This document shows, piece after piece, positions 49,712-58,683 of a DNA stretch of 64,000 nucleotides; within the stretch, counting starts at the first letter, position 1; each line of letters starts with the position of its first letter. Both the position numbers and the translations under genes were made by a program. This DNA is from Candidatus Adlerbacteria bacterium. Lineage in GTDB: Bacteria > Patescibacteriota > Minisyncoccia > Phycocordibacterales > SBAW01. The notes under the pieces are model-generated. The model was not told the origin of the DNA. It did not search any database and saw only the letters and a list, made by a program, of their open reading frames with translations. The stretch spans positions 32,644 through 96,643 of the forward strand of contig CAINNF010000015.1 in the NCBI GenBank assembly GCA_903851045.1, in the 5' to 3' direction.

Positions 49712-50335
49712 GTGTTGAGACGTTTTCGTTGGATCGCCATGACGGCGATTTTTATCGTTATATGCAGTGCGCTCGCTCCACCAGCTACAGCTCGGAGCGA
49801 TCCGCACACGTTCTTCGTGCACTCCGTATCGGGAGAACAAGGGGATAAAGAAAGATTCCTCATCTTCTTGGAGCAAGAACTTAGGGACCCACTGTTGACC
49901 GTTGAGACCTTCAACCGATACTTTGGGACTTACCTTGGGTTCACGGTCACCTCGGTGACAGACCTCATAGAGCACTTGCGCGGGCAAGACTTCCACATGG
50001 TGCGCTGCGAAGGCGCAGCACACGACTACGGCATCACCGACGGCGGGTTCCTCACGATCGTTGAACGTGATTGTTATCGTGGCGAGTATATGCTCGTGCA
50101 CGTGCCGACAGGATTGCGAGTGTTTTTCGGCACATGTGGGAATGTGCAGGTAGCACCGCTTCCGCTCCCCCCACCTTCGCCATCACGGCGACCGACCAGG
50201 GTAAGTAGGACCACCATCATTACGTGCGGGTTCCGTGTCTTGTTCGGTTGTCATGAAGGGCGATTGGTCGACTATTGGGACGCGGGTCCTGACGACCAAG
50301 AACTGCGCGTGGCAACTTCACGACCTCTCGACTGA
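49712..50335 (+). CDS. Hypothetical secreted protein
   Basis: AAGGAGG RBS, signal peptide. Confidence 0.55.
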   Translation: MLRRFRWIAMTAIFIVICSALAPPATARSDPHTFFVHSVSGEQGDKERFLIFLEQELRDPLLTVETFNRYFGTYLGFTVTSVTDLIEHLRGQDFHMVRCEGAAHDYGITDGGFLTIVERDCYRGEYMLVHVPTGLRVFFGTCGNVQVAPLPLPPPSPSRRPTRVSRTTIITCGFRVLFGCHEGRLVDYWDAGPDDQELRVATSRPLD

Positions 50336-50358
50336 CGCATAGCAAAGGATATAGAGAC

Positions 50359-50868
50359 GTGTGTACGACAAAGCTTCTCAGGCTGGTCTCAGCCCTGAGC
50401 CTGGCAGTGACATTGGCCGCTTGTGCGACCGATCAAACACAAGTCGTTGCCGATGCACCAGATGGCAGCAGAACGGTCATCAACTTCGTTCAACGGGTGA
50501 ACCCGGTGGCGCAGGACCTTTCGGTGATCACCGTTCAGCATTGTGGTAAGCCGCCGTTCGAAAGATGTTCTCTGGTGAGCGTCGACAACAGCACAGAACG
50601 CGGGTTCGCTGGTGCTGTGTTCGAAGGTACCGGACCGGCCGCCGCTTTGGCGCTCGGAGGTGCAATCGGGCTGTCGAACTTGCGTCCGGCTCGTACGAAC
50701 ATCCAACAGAGCGGGTCTATCACCGGCGGCAACACTTCTTCTGCCGCAGAAGCAAGGTCTGCCTCGAGTTCTAACTCGTCGGTGACGTCGGGGTCCGACC
50801 CCACCCTGAGCGCGGGTTCTGGGGGTGGATCGGGTGCTTCATCAGGGGTGCAAGTCTACCAGCCGTGA
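50359..50868 (+). CDS. Putative lipoprotein with Ser/Gly-rich tail
   Basis: Lipobox LAAC. Confidence 0.6.
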   Translation: MCTTKLLRLVSALSLAVTLAACATDQTQVVADAPDGSRTVINFVQRVNPVAQDLSVITVQHCGKPPFERCSLVSVDNSTERGFAGAVFEGTGPAAALALGGAIGLSNLRPARTNIQQSGSITGGNTSSAAEARSASSSNSSVTSGSDPTLSAGSGGGSGASSGVQVYQP

Positions 50869-51004
50869 ATAACGGGATCACGGCAGGTGGTACGAGTGTG
50901 TGGTTAGTATAGGCATACCAGCCTTCTAACAACAGGGCGGGCCGCAACAAGCGACTCGCCCTTTCTACTACCCCACCCATGGCGTATCGAACGACTTGCG
51001 CGTT

Positions 51005-51664
51005 TTAATACTCGTCCAGAGGGATGACTTCTGTAAGCTCGGTTTGTGGTGCAGGAATGACACACAACACTCTTCCCGCGATCTTAAAATCCTCTTTCAA
51101 GATGATGGGCTTGAATCGTGGGTCTCGAGACTCGGGCCACAGGATGGTCATACCGTCTCTGCGTTCAAGCCGCTTGACGGTCACCATGTCGTTGACTATC
51201 GCGGCGACGCGGTCACCGTTCTGCGCCTGGTCGGTGAAGCGAATGAGCACATAGTCGCCCGTGTTGATACCGGCATCGTTCATCGAGTCGCCTATGGCGC
51301 GCACGGCGACGATGCCACCGTCCTCCTCATCGACGATACGCTTGTCGACCTCGATATATTCATCGCACTTCTCCTGCGCGAAGACGGAAAGGTCGTCGCA
51401 GCCGACGTTGGCGAGCACCGGGATGGACACCGTGCCCCACGCGCCGTCGACGTTTCGGAGTTCGATATTGCGTTTGAACCCGCGATGACGAACGATGTAT
51501 CCCTTTTCCTCGAGCGTCTCGAGATACTGTGTGACCGTGCGAAGCGAAGCAAAGCCCAAGGTCGTACGAAGCTGCTCAAGCGTCGGCGAAACCTCTTTTA
51601 CTGCTAAATGGTCCTTCACAGCGTCAAGCACACGCTGCTGTTTGTATGTTAGTGCTCTATTCAT
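51005..51664 (-). CDS. lexA: LexA repressor
   Basis: LT.KQ..V, PT..QL...LG..S...V..YL..LE.KGYI, V.C(G)-type cleavage region, GDSM (Ser), TVKR (Lys). Confidence 0.9.
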   Translation of the reverse strand: MNRALTYKQQRVLDAVKDHLAVKEVSPTLEQLRTTLGFASLRTVTQYLETLEEKGYIVRHRGFKRNIELRNVDGAWGTVSIPVLANVGCDDLSVFAQEKCDEYIEVDKRIVDEEDGGIVAVRAIGDSMNDAGINTGDYVLIRFTDQAQNGDRVAAIVNDMVTVKRLERRDGMTILWPESRDPRFKPIILKEDFKIAGRVLCVIPAPQTELTEVIPLDEY

Positions 51665-51666
51665 AT

Positions 51667-51712
51667 GTGTATGATACACCCACCTTTTTGTGTATCAATA
51701 CACACGATACAC
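51667..51712. promoter_or_regulatory. Candidate LexA autoregulatory operators (GTGTAT/ATACAC half-sites)
   Basis: GTGTAT-G-ATACAC at 51667-51679, TGTGTAT-CA-ATACACA at 51689-51704, extra ATACAC at 51707-51712. Confidence 0.5.
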
Positions 51713-51749
51713 ACATTGTGTGGATAACCACATTTGGCGGCTCTTGTGC

Positions 51750-52040
51750 TCACACCTCCTCGTCGTCCTCTTCATCCTCCTCATCGTCGGACATGATCAG
51801 GTCCTTCGTTTGGATCGGGCTTTGGATGAACGGGGACCATTCGGCGTTGATGGTGCCGAAATTCTTCTCGTACTCCCCTACTTGGTGGGCGAGGTACTGC
51901 GAAAGCCGCTTCATGTGCTGCGGCGTGAGCGCGAAGAAGGATGCTCCGTCGCCGTTGAGCATGCCCATGACGAACAGCTCCTGCGAAAGCCCGATGACGA
52001 CGTTTTCACAAAATTGCTTGGTGACCTTGTTGAGATCCAT
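51750..52040 (-). CDS. DUF3467-like protein
   Basis: LTPQHMKRL...L...V..YEKNFGTI motif. Confidence 0.7.
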   Translation of the reverse strand: MDLNKVTKQFCENVVIGLSQELFVMGMLNGDGASFFALTPQHMKRLSQYLAHQVGEYEKNFGTINAEWSPFIQSPIQTKDLIMSDDEEDEEDDEEV

Positions 52041-52056
52041 AGATAGTGGCGTGAGA

Positions 52057-52455
52057 CTAATAATCGTTCATAAGACTACCAAATATGGAGCGTACGACAA
52101 CCGGTCGACGTCGCTCGATCGTACGCAGCGCTTGACGAAGCGACCGGTGGTTCGGTAGCACTTCGGCGACCGCGCACCAGAACTTCGGTGAGTGATTGAA
52201 CTCACGCAGGTGACACAGTTCGTGCACGATGACGTAGTCGACAAGTTCCGACGGCAGGAACACAAGTTTGTAGTTGAAATTGAGATTCCCCCGCTCCGAA
52301 CAGCTCCCCCAGCGAGACTTCAGGTTTTTGATGAAGACCTTGCGGATGGGTAGTTGGTAGTATTGGTTGTGTTGAGCGAGACGTGCATGCACGAGTGCAC
52401 GCGCCGCTTCTTTATGTGCGAGATACTGTCGCCGATCGCGTCGTCGAAAGAACAT
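52057..52455 (-). CDS. YgjP/DUF45 (M48/SprT-like) metal-dependent hydrolase
   Basis: SRWGSCS, DYVIVHELCH, NHSPKFW. Confidence 0.9.
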   Translation of the reverse strand: MFFRRRDRRQYLAHKEAARALVHARLAQHNQYYQLPIRKVFIKNLKSRWGSCSERGNLNFNYKLVFLPSELVDYVIVHELCHLREFNHSPKFWCAVAEVLPNHRSLRQALRTIERRRPVVVRSIFGSLMNDY

Positions 52456-52463
52456 GGTGCAGG

Positions 52464-53453
52464 TTACAGTCCGAGCACAATCGACTCACGAATCTTATCG
52501 AACTGCGCAAGGAGCGCTGCCTTGTCGAATTCCTTCACGGTGCCCGACGTGTAATTACCGATGTTGGTCGAGTGGATAAAGTACCGTACCGCGGTGCAGA
52601 CGGACGACCCCTGGATCGCATACACGGTCTCATCGTAGAAGTTCCCTGCCCCGGCGTCGCTGAGATGCGCGACCTGGTAGGTCACCCCACCATCGGTCAC
52701 TGTCTTCTCGGTCGAGGATGCGGAAAGAAAATCGTTCGGGGAACAGGTGGTGTTCTGGGGCAGTTGTTCGATCGACACGCCCGTATCGAAGCCGGAGAGG
52801 TTCGTCCCCTGGTAGAGCGCAGAGGGAATGGTGAACTTCACCCCAGAGATTGGTGCCTGATCAGGGCCGCGCTGTGTGTACGTATACCCAAGTTGCACGC
52901 CGTACTCGCTTGGGTAGCGTACCGATATACCCATCGTCGAGGAGGCGAACGTACCCCAATTCTCGACGCCCGGTAGAGCACTCGCGCTGATACAACCCGT
53001 GTATGTCTGGTTCTGCGACGCTCCCTCTTCGATGAAAGCAGTGTTGCCTTTATTCCAAAAAACAAGCGATTCGTCCGCGTTGGCATACCGGACACCTGAA
53101 CCCGAGATGGTCTGTGGCAGTGTCATCGAGCGCCCATCGCTCAGCACGAGAAAGATACTCCCCGTCGGGGTCGGCATGACATCGGGCAATTGTGTCGGAG
53201 GATTCTTCAGGTCGAAAAAGGTGGCCGTAATCGTCTTCCCTCCATCGCAGGTGTACGTCGCCTGGCCGACCTGTTTTGTCCCACCGTTGGAAGTCGTCGT
53301 CGCCACGTTCGACCCCAAGAATGTGGCAACGTACGGCGAGTTCCGTCCATCCCACAGAAGCACCCCCACAAGAACCAGAATGACCAGCACGATACCGACG
53401 AGTAGTGTCGTGCGTTGTGTGCGTCCGCTCGTTGTTCTGTTCGTTGGTGACAT
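52464..53453 (-). CDS. Membrane-anchored protein with MliC (lysozyme inhibitor) domain
   Basis: YTC..G, LPQTISGSGVRY, FWNKG..A. Confidence 0.8.
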   Translation of the reverse strand: MSPTNRTTSGRTQRTTLLVGIVLVILVLVGVLLWDGRNSPYVATFLGSNVATTTSNGGTKQVGQATYTCDGGKTITATFFDLKNPPTQLPDVMPTPTGSIFLVLSDGRSMTLPQTISGSGVRYANADESLVFWNKGNTAFIEEGASQNQTYTGCISASALPGVENWGTFASSTMGISVRYPSEYGVQLGYTYTQRGPDQAPISGVKFTIPSALYQGTNLSGFDTGVSIEQLPQNTTCSPNDFLSASSTEKTVTDGGVTYQVAHLSDAGAGNFYDETVYAIQGSSVCTAVRYFIHSTNIGNYTSGTVKEFDKAALLAQFDKIRESIVLGL

Positions 53454-53462
53454 GGTGAAGTT

Positions 53463-53729
53463 TTATTGTACCACCGGAGTCGTCGTTCCTGCAGGTATGT
53501 CTGTTGTGCTCGTAGCTGCTCGACTTGGTTGATAGTCCGGACCGTTCGGGTCGGTATTCACTTGTGTCTGTCCACTTGGCACCACGGACGTGTCGGCGGA
53601 GCTTGTTGTCGGAGAGATCACCGGAGTGGCATATTCGCTTGAGGAAATGCTTTGCGCCCACACGTACCATCCCAGACCAAGGAGCACGAGCACGAGCACC
53701 AAGATCCAAACCATAGAGGATGTTCTCAT
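53463..53729 (-). CDS. Small membrane protein, Thr/Ser-rich
   Basis: N-terminal TM. Confidence 0.55.
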   Translation of the reverse strand: MRTSSMVWILVLVLVLLGLGWYVWAQSISSSEYATPVISPTTSSADTSVVPSGQTQVNTDPNGPDYQPSRAATSTTDIPAGTTTPVVQ

Positions 53730-53774
53730 AGCATATCGAGAGGTGGGTGAATATACCCTGAGTATACCACGCGA

Positions 53775-54389
53775 CTACTGGAGCGTGGCGTACACCACCA
53801 GACGGTGATCATATGTCTTTTTACCAGAGATCCACACACCATCACAGGTAATGATGACAAGGTGTGCTGCGTCGTCTGAGTGAAAGATGGTGTCGGTCGG
53901 CACCGCATCATACGGATACGCTTCTGTCCGATCGACACCATAGGTGTACGTGGTGCCGTCTTTCGTCGTAACGAGTATATGCGCACCTATGGCGATATCT
54001 CCCAAATGCTTGAAGACACCATCAAGACCGAACCCGTTGTCGACATGACCGTCGAAGACCGCGCTCCCGATGTGACCGGGACTCGTCCCACCCTTATACC
54101 ACGCCACGTCTGTGTAGTTGGTCGGCACGGCCATGTTGCCGGTCTTCCCGACCCCGACCGCCTGCACGTTCGCTGCAACACCAAGCGACGGGATCGAGAG
54201 TCGTACCGGCCACGAATCAGGTGTCGACACAGCTTTCGTTGTGGATGAGAAAGGCGAGAAAAAGGTCGGCACTGAAAAGACCCCTTCCTCAGGGGCATAC
54301 CATACCGCGCGAACGAGCGTTACCGAGAATACGATACATCCCGCTACGATAGCGAGGATCGCGAGCGTGTGTTTGATGATAGGTGACAT
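53775..54389 (-). CDS. Class F sortase
   Basis: PVRLSIPSLGV, VAWY..G..PG..GSAVFDGHVD, IITC, RLVV. Confidence 0.9.
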   Translation of the reverse strand: MSPIIKHTLAILAIVAGCIVFSVTLVRAVWYAPEEGVFSVPTFFSPFSSTTKAVSTPDSWPVRLSIPSLGVAANVQAVGVGKTGNMAVPTNYTDVAWYKGGTSPGHIGSAVFDGHVDNGFGLDGVFKHLGDIAIGAHILVTTKDGTTYTYGVDRTEAYPYDAVPTDTIFHSDDAAHLVIITCDGVWISGKKTYDHRLVVYATLQ

Positions 54390-54458
54390 ACGTAGATACA
54401 AGATACGAAAACGGCCTCGCCACAGTATACGTGAACGAGACCGTTCTCTGAAAGTCCG

Positions 54459-54788
54459 CTAGCGAGTAACTCGTTGGCGGAACAGGTAGGTTGCGCCCAA
54501 GGCGACGCAAAGCGCTGATGCGACGAGCAGAAGCTCGTTCGTTGTCGCTTCACCGCCGGCACCCGTGTTCGGCGTGTTCGGCGTGACGACGGTACTCTTC
54601 GTACCAGTCGCCGCGGTCGTCGTCACCGACGCGACAGGCGCTGCTGAGACGACAGCCGCCGTAGAGGTAGCTCCGGTACCTGCGGTCGTACCGGTGGTGG
54701 TACTCGTTTGTGCGAACGCAAGACTCGCGCCGCTCAAAAGGAGCGCGGTCGCAACGATCGCAGAAGCACTGATCCGTGTTGTGTGCAT
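54459..54788 (-). CDS. Small Thr/Ala-rich surface protein with TPNTG sorting signal
   Basis: Signal peptide, PNTPNTGAGG + TM + RQR tail; directly upstream of the sortase. Confidence 0.75.
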   Translation of the reverse strand: MHTTRISASAIVATALLLSGASLAFAQTSTTTGTTAGTGATSTAAVVSAAPVASVTTTAATGTKSTVVTPNTPNTGAGGEATTNELLLVASALCVALGATYLFRQRVTR

Positions 54789-54871
54789 ATGAATCAATTC
54801 AGATTAGCTGCTCATACTCGACCCAAAAAGACTATAGAGGGTTCGGTCGGAAATGGCAATAGCCGAGACGG

Positions 54872-55078
54872 CTAGCGAGCGAGAGAAAGACACCGTAGGC
54901 ATTTTGCCTGGTTTCGGCGAGTCTTGAGATATCGATTGCCGCACTCGCATATCAAAATGGCTGTTTTATTGGGTTTTTCGATCCAATGGCCGTCCTGTTG
55001 GAAGGTCTTTCGAGGCTCGCGCAGAGGCGAATGCCGCTTTTCAGCCGGAGCATCTTGCTTTGCGTTGTTCTTAGGCAT
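54872..55078 (-). CDS. Small Cys-rich (zinc-ribbon-like) protein
   Basis: CECG...CLRC. Confidence 0.5.
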   Translation of the reverse strand: MPKNNAKQDAPAEKRHSPLREPRKTFQQDGHWIEKPNKTAILICECGNRYLKTRRNQAKCLRCLSLAR

Positions 55079-55204
55079 GGGGCACAATACTAGCAAACAA
55101 TTGCACCATTGTCAAACCGTCGCGGTGCGCGGTTTTTACCGTATCTGCGGGCACGAGCGGACACCAGAGTTGCCCTTTCAGGCATTTTGGTCGATACTCT
55201 ACAC

Positions 55205-55603
55205 ATGGTCAGTGAACAACTGCTCTCGTACATAAAAGAGAATCTACAGGCTGGATTCTCGCGACACGACATAGAAGCTACGTTGCATACGGCCGGATGG
55301 ACTGACGCTGATGTGGCTGCAACGTTCGAAATGATCAAGCAAGCCAAGACCCTTACAGGAGCGGCACAAACGCCCGCCGTTTCACACGCTCAATCGATCG
55401 CGGACGCGGAAGTCGCTCGTATCCAAGAAGAGCTCCGGGTTGCGAATGCAAACAAACACACTCCCGGCACCACCGACGAAACAGGGATTGTCGGTTTTAT
55501 CATCAAAACGAACATGGCGACGACCAAGCAGGGAGCGCAGATACTGTTGGGCGTACTCGGTGTGGTCGTCCTCGCACTTCTGTATATGCTCTTTTTGCGC
55601 TAA
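55205..55603 (+). CDS. Hypothetical membrane protein
   Basis: L..YI...L..G.S...I...L...GW....V N-terminal domain; C-terminal TM. Confidence 0.65.
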   Translation: MVSEQLLSYIKENLQAGFSRHDIEATLHTAGWTDADVAATFEMIKQAKTLTGAAQTPAVSHAQSIADAEVARIQEELRVANANKHTPGTTDETGIVGFIIKTNMATTKQGAQILLGVLGVVVLALLYMLFLR

Positions 55604-55630
55604 TCGGAGATGTATGCCAAAGTGGCTACT

Positions 55631-56224
55631 ATGAGCTCGCTACTTCCGTTGGTGCTTTCGTTCGGCTATGTAGGCCTGTGCCTACTCGTTTTCGCCGAAT
55701 CGGGGCTTTTTTTTGGTTTCTTCCTACCAGGAGACAGCGTGCTCTTTAGTGCAGGATTGCTTGCTGCGCACGGTACGCTCGATATCTGGGTACTGGTTCC
55801 GCTCATATGTGTCGCTGCGATACTCGGCGATAGCGTCGGCTACTGGTTCGGCGCTACGGTCGGACCCTCGCTGTTCACACGCGAAGATTCGTTCTTCTTT
55901 AAGAAAAGATACGTGCACGAGACCCATACGTTCTATGAAGCGTACGGGCCACAGGCGATTATACTTGCCCGTTTTATCCCAGTTGTCCGCACCTTCGCAC
56001 CGATACTCGCCGGTGTGGGCCGGATGCGATATACGACCTTTCTGCGATACAACATCGTCGGCGGGCTACTGTGGGGCGGGGGTGTCACGCTCCTTGGATA
56101 CTTCCTCGGCAACACGATCCCTCACATAGATGAGTATCTCTACCCCATCATCGCGGGTATCATCGTCGTCTCGGCCCTTCCGGTACTTATCTCGTTCGTC
56201 CGCGGCCGTCGGCGAACTACTTAG
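55631..56224 (+). CDS. dedA: DedA family membrane protein
   Basis: FAESGL..GFFLPGDS, GDSVGY, ARFIPVVRTF. Confidence 0.92.
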   Translation: MSSLLPLVLSFGYVGLCLLVFAESGLFFGFFLPGDSVLFSAGLLAAHGTLDIWVLVPLICVAAILGDSVGYWFGATVGPSLFTREDSFFFKKRYVHETHTFYEAYGPQAIILARFIPVVRTFAPILAGVGRMRYTTFLRYNIVGGLLWGGGVTLLGYFLGNTIPHIDEYLYPIIAGIIVVSALPVLISFVRGRRRTT

Positions 56225-56939
56225 TGGTGTTTGGGTAGCCGGAAAACTCTTCAAACCGTACGTCGTCGCCACTCACACCGGCACTTTGGAGCATGGCGCG
56301 CATAGCGGTCACCATCGGCTCCGGGCCGGCGAGGTAGAACACGGGGCGCGTGTTGCCCACCACGTACTTTTGGAGCATCGACGCGGTGATATAGCCCGTC
56401 TCTCCGGTCCACACCTCCTGAGATTCCCCCGCATTCGTCATGGTCGGGACAAAAACGAACGTCGACGTGCGTAGCTCGCTCAATTCACGCAAAAAGGCCG
56501 CATCCTCAGGACGACGGTTCGAATAGAAGAGGTATATAGTATGCGGGAGACCACGTTCACGGGCGTCGAGGACCATCGAACGGAACGGCGTCACCCCGAT
56601 TCCGCCAGCCAAGAACACCGCCGGCCGGGTCGTATCTTCATGCAAACAGAACGACCCGAACGGTCCTTCGATCCGCACGGCGGCGCCGACAGGGAGACTT
56701 CCCAGCACTCGTTTGAACGCTGTGTCGCGCATGCGCATGGCGACCTGCAGATCCGCTTCGTGTGGTGCCGAGCACAGTGAATAGGCACGGGTGTTACCTT
56801 CGGCATCGGTCTCCGGCGGGTCCACAAGCGTCATATCTATCGATTGTCCGGCGGTGAACACAAACCCTTCGGGCTTCGTGAAGGAGAAGAGCATCGTCCC
56901 TTCGGCGATCGTTTGCTTTCCATGATAGATCGTTTGCAT
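56217..56939 (-). CDS. FAD/NAD(P)-binding ferredoxin-reductase-type oxidoreductase
   Basis: F.AGQ, RAYSL, GPFG.F, AGGIGVTP, FYSNR, AGP..M. Confidence 0.9.
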   Translation of the reverse strand: MQTIYHGKQTIAEGTMLFSFTKPEGFVFTAGQSIDMTLVDPPETDAEGNTRAYSLCSAPHEADLQVAMRMRDTAFKRVLGSLPVGAAVRIEGPFGSFCLHEDTTRPAVFLAGGIGVTPFRSMVLDARERGLPHTIYLFYSNRRPEDAAFLRELSELRTSTFVFVPTMTNAGESQEVWTGETGYITASMLQKYVVGNTRPVFYLAGPEPMVTAMRAMLQSAGVSGDDVRFEEFSGYPNTTK

Positions 56940-56951
56940 GGCAGCTTTAGT

Positions 56952-57368
56952 TTACCAACCGTAATATGTATAGCCAGTGTTCGGATATACCGACGGTGGA
57001 TACTGCAGGTAGCCGTTGTTGTAGTATGGGTAGCCTTGTGCCGGACCATAGTAACTACTCTGATAGGTGTATGTCGATGCGTAATAGTACGACGTCGGCA
57101 CATACTGATATGGTACCGGCTGATACGATACGGGCTGTTGGTAGGTAGTATAGAACGGCTGATACTGCAGATAGTTCTGATACTGCGGGTTCACCGGATA
57201 TGGCTGGCAAGGATACGACGAGTAGTACGACCCACACCAATACGGCGCGGTCACATACTGTCGCTGTTCCATCCCCTGGTGCCCCCACGCGAACGAGACC
57301 GCCGGCACACACCCCACACCCAGTATAAGTAAAGAGATCGCCCACCGTTTCATATACGTTCTTTTCAT
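56952..57368 (-). CDS. Secreted Tyr/Gln/Pro-rich low-complexity protein
   Basis: Signal peptide (VPAVSFA) followed by a Tyr-rich tail. Confidence 0.65.
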   Translation of the reverse strand: MKRTYMKRWAISLLILGVGCVPAVSFAWGHQGMEQRQYVTAPYWCGSYYSSYPCQPYPVNPQYQNYLQYQPFYTTYQQPVSYQPVPYQYVPTSYYYASTYTYQSSYYGPAQGYPYYNNGYLQYPPSVYPNTGYTYYGW

Positions 57369-57426
57369 GCCCCCATAATGCTCCTTTTCGCTAAAAAAGC
57401 CAGTGAGGCCGCGAGCGAGCGCAGAG

Positions 57427-57936
57427 CTACTGCGGATCAACAATGACCACGCCGGTGTATGACGGATTGCCCACCAAGTTATAGTAGCCCCAGGTACCGG
57501 GATTATTGAACAAAAAATCGTAGGTACCACCCTTCCCAACCACCTGCTGTTGATCAAGTCCTACGTATTCGCTCGGTCCTTGTGTGAGCGTGTGTACACG
57601 CAGACCAAGATTCGAGGTGTTCACGAAATGCACCACCTGCCCTGCCTTGATATGCACGACTGCAGGCGAGAAGCCTTTCGACGTGTACTGTACCACAGCG
57701 GCATAGGCGGTCTTCGTCCTGTTCTGTACGGGTATCTTGGTGCTTTTGGTCGCACCGTTCGTCGCAGTGTCGGATGTCGTCCCCACCGTCGAACCCCCGC
57801 TCGAGGTGGCGGTTCCGTTCGTCGGCACAGGGGCAACGAGCACCTGGCTTGCCGAGCCTTGTAACAACCACACCACCGCCAAAACGATAACAATGAGTAT
57901 ACCGACAGCTATGTATGTAATCAGACGCTTGTTCAT
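57427..57936 (-). CDS. Membrane-anchored cupredoxin-like protein
   Basis: GFSP....IKAGQ.V.F.N, Y.F.F..PGTWGY, G..IV; the Cu-ligand Cys is absent. Confidence 0.7.
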   Translation of the reverse strand: MNKRLITYIAVGILIVIVLAVVWLLQGSASQVLVAPVPTNGTATSSGGSTVGTTSDTATNGATKSTKIPVQNRTKTAYAAVVQYTSKGFSPAVVHIKAGQVVHFVNTSNLGLRVHTLTQGPSEYVGLDQQQVVGKGGTYDFLFNNPGTWGYYNLVGNPSYTGVVIVDPQ

Positions 57937-58036
57937 TCAAGTGATCCTTCGCGCACCGAGCGCATCGGTTCACGCATAGGCAGCATAACTCTCACGCGCC
58001 CTTAAGGCAATGGCGCGCCACACTCCTCGCGTACAC

Positions 58037-58624
58037 TTACTCGCAACCGTTAGAGAGACTTGTAGAGGTAGTGCTCGTAACGCTTATAAGCCCCGGACCA
58101 ACGGTACCGCTGATAGACGGCGTCTCAAGGAACGTACAGATCTGAAAATCCAAGATCGTGGGATATCCATACCCATAAGAACCCGTTGTTGCTCGCGAGA
58201 TTGAATACTGGCACGAACTAACTGATTTTGCTCCGCCTGCGGCATTTCCTTGGCAAGCCGTGGATGAATTGTATGCATCGATATAATTAGCGAACCCTGT
58301 CTGATATGCGCCGTTCACCGCACCTATACCCAAACAGCCAGTGACGTTTGTGTATGAAACCGCACCGTTCGTGCCACACTGGGTCGTGCCTCCGTTGCCT
58401 GCTGTATAGAAATTCCACGTCGCGCCAGTATTAACCAACTCGATACTTTTAGCCATCTCCTGTAGGGAGGCGACCCGATGTGCATCACGCCCTTTCACCC
58501 GAGCACTAAGCAAAGACACCAACACAATCGAGGACAGAATGCCAATAATAGCCACAACAACTAATAGCTCTATCAAAGTGAACCCAGCCTGACGATGAGC
58601 GGGACCTCGAGGGTGTAAGTACAT
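58037..58624 (-). CDS. Type IV pilin / prepilin-type protein
   Basis: GFTLIELLVVVAIIGILSSIV...AR.KGRD..R; Cys-rich variable C-terminus. Confidence 0.9.
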   Translation of the reverse strand: MYLHPRGPAHRQAGFTLIELLVVVAIIGILSSIVLVSLLSARVKGRDAHRVASLQEMAKSIELVNTGATWNFYTAGNGGTTQCGTNGAVSYTNVTGCLGIGAVNGAYQTGFANYIDAYNSSTACQGNAAGGAKSVSSCQYSISRATTGSYGYGYPTILDFQICTFLETPSISGTVGPGLISVTSTTSTSLSNGCE

Positions 58625-58683
58625 ACTATGGATATTACCGCACAACACACGATGGCGAAAGCGCTCTCTGTGCATAAAATGTC

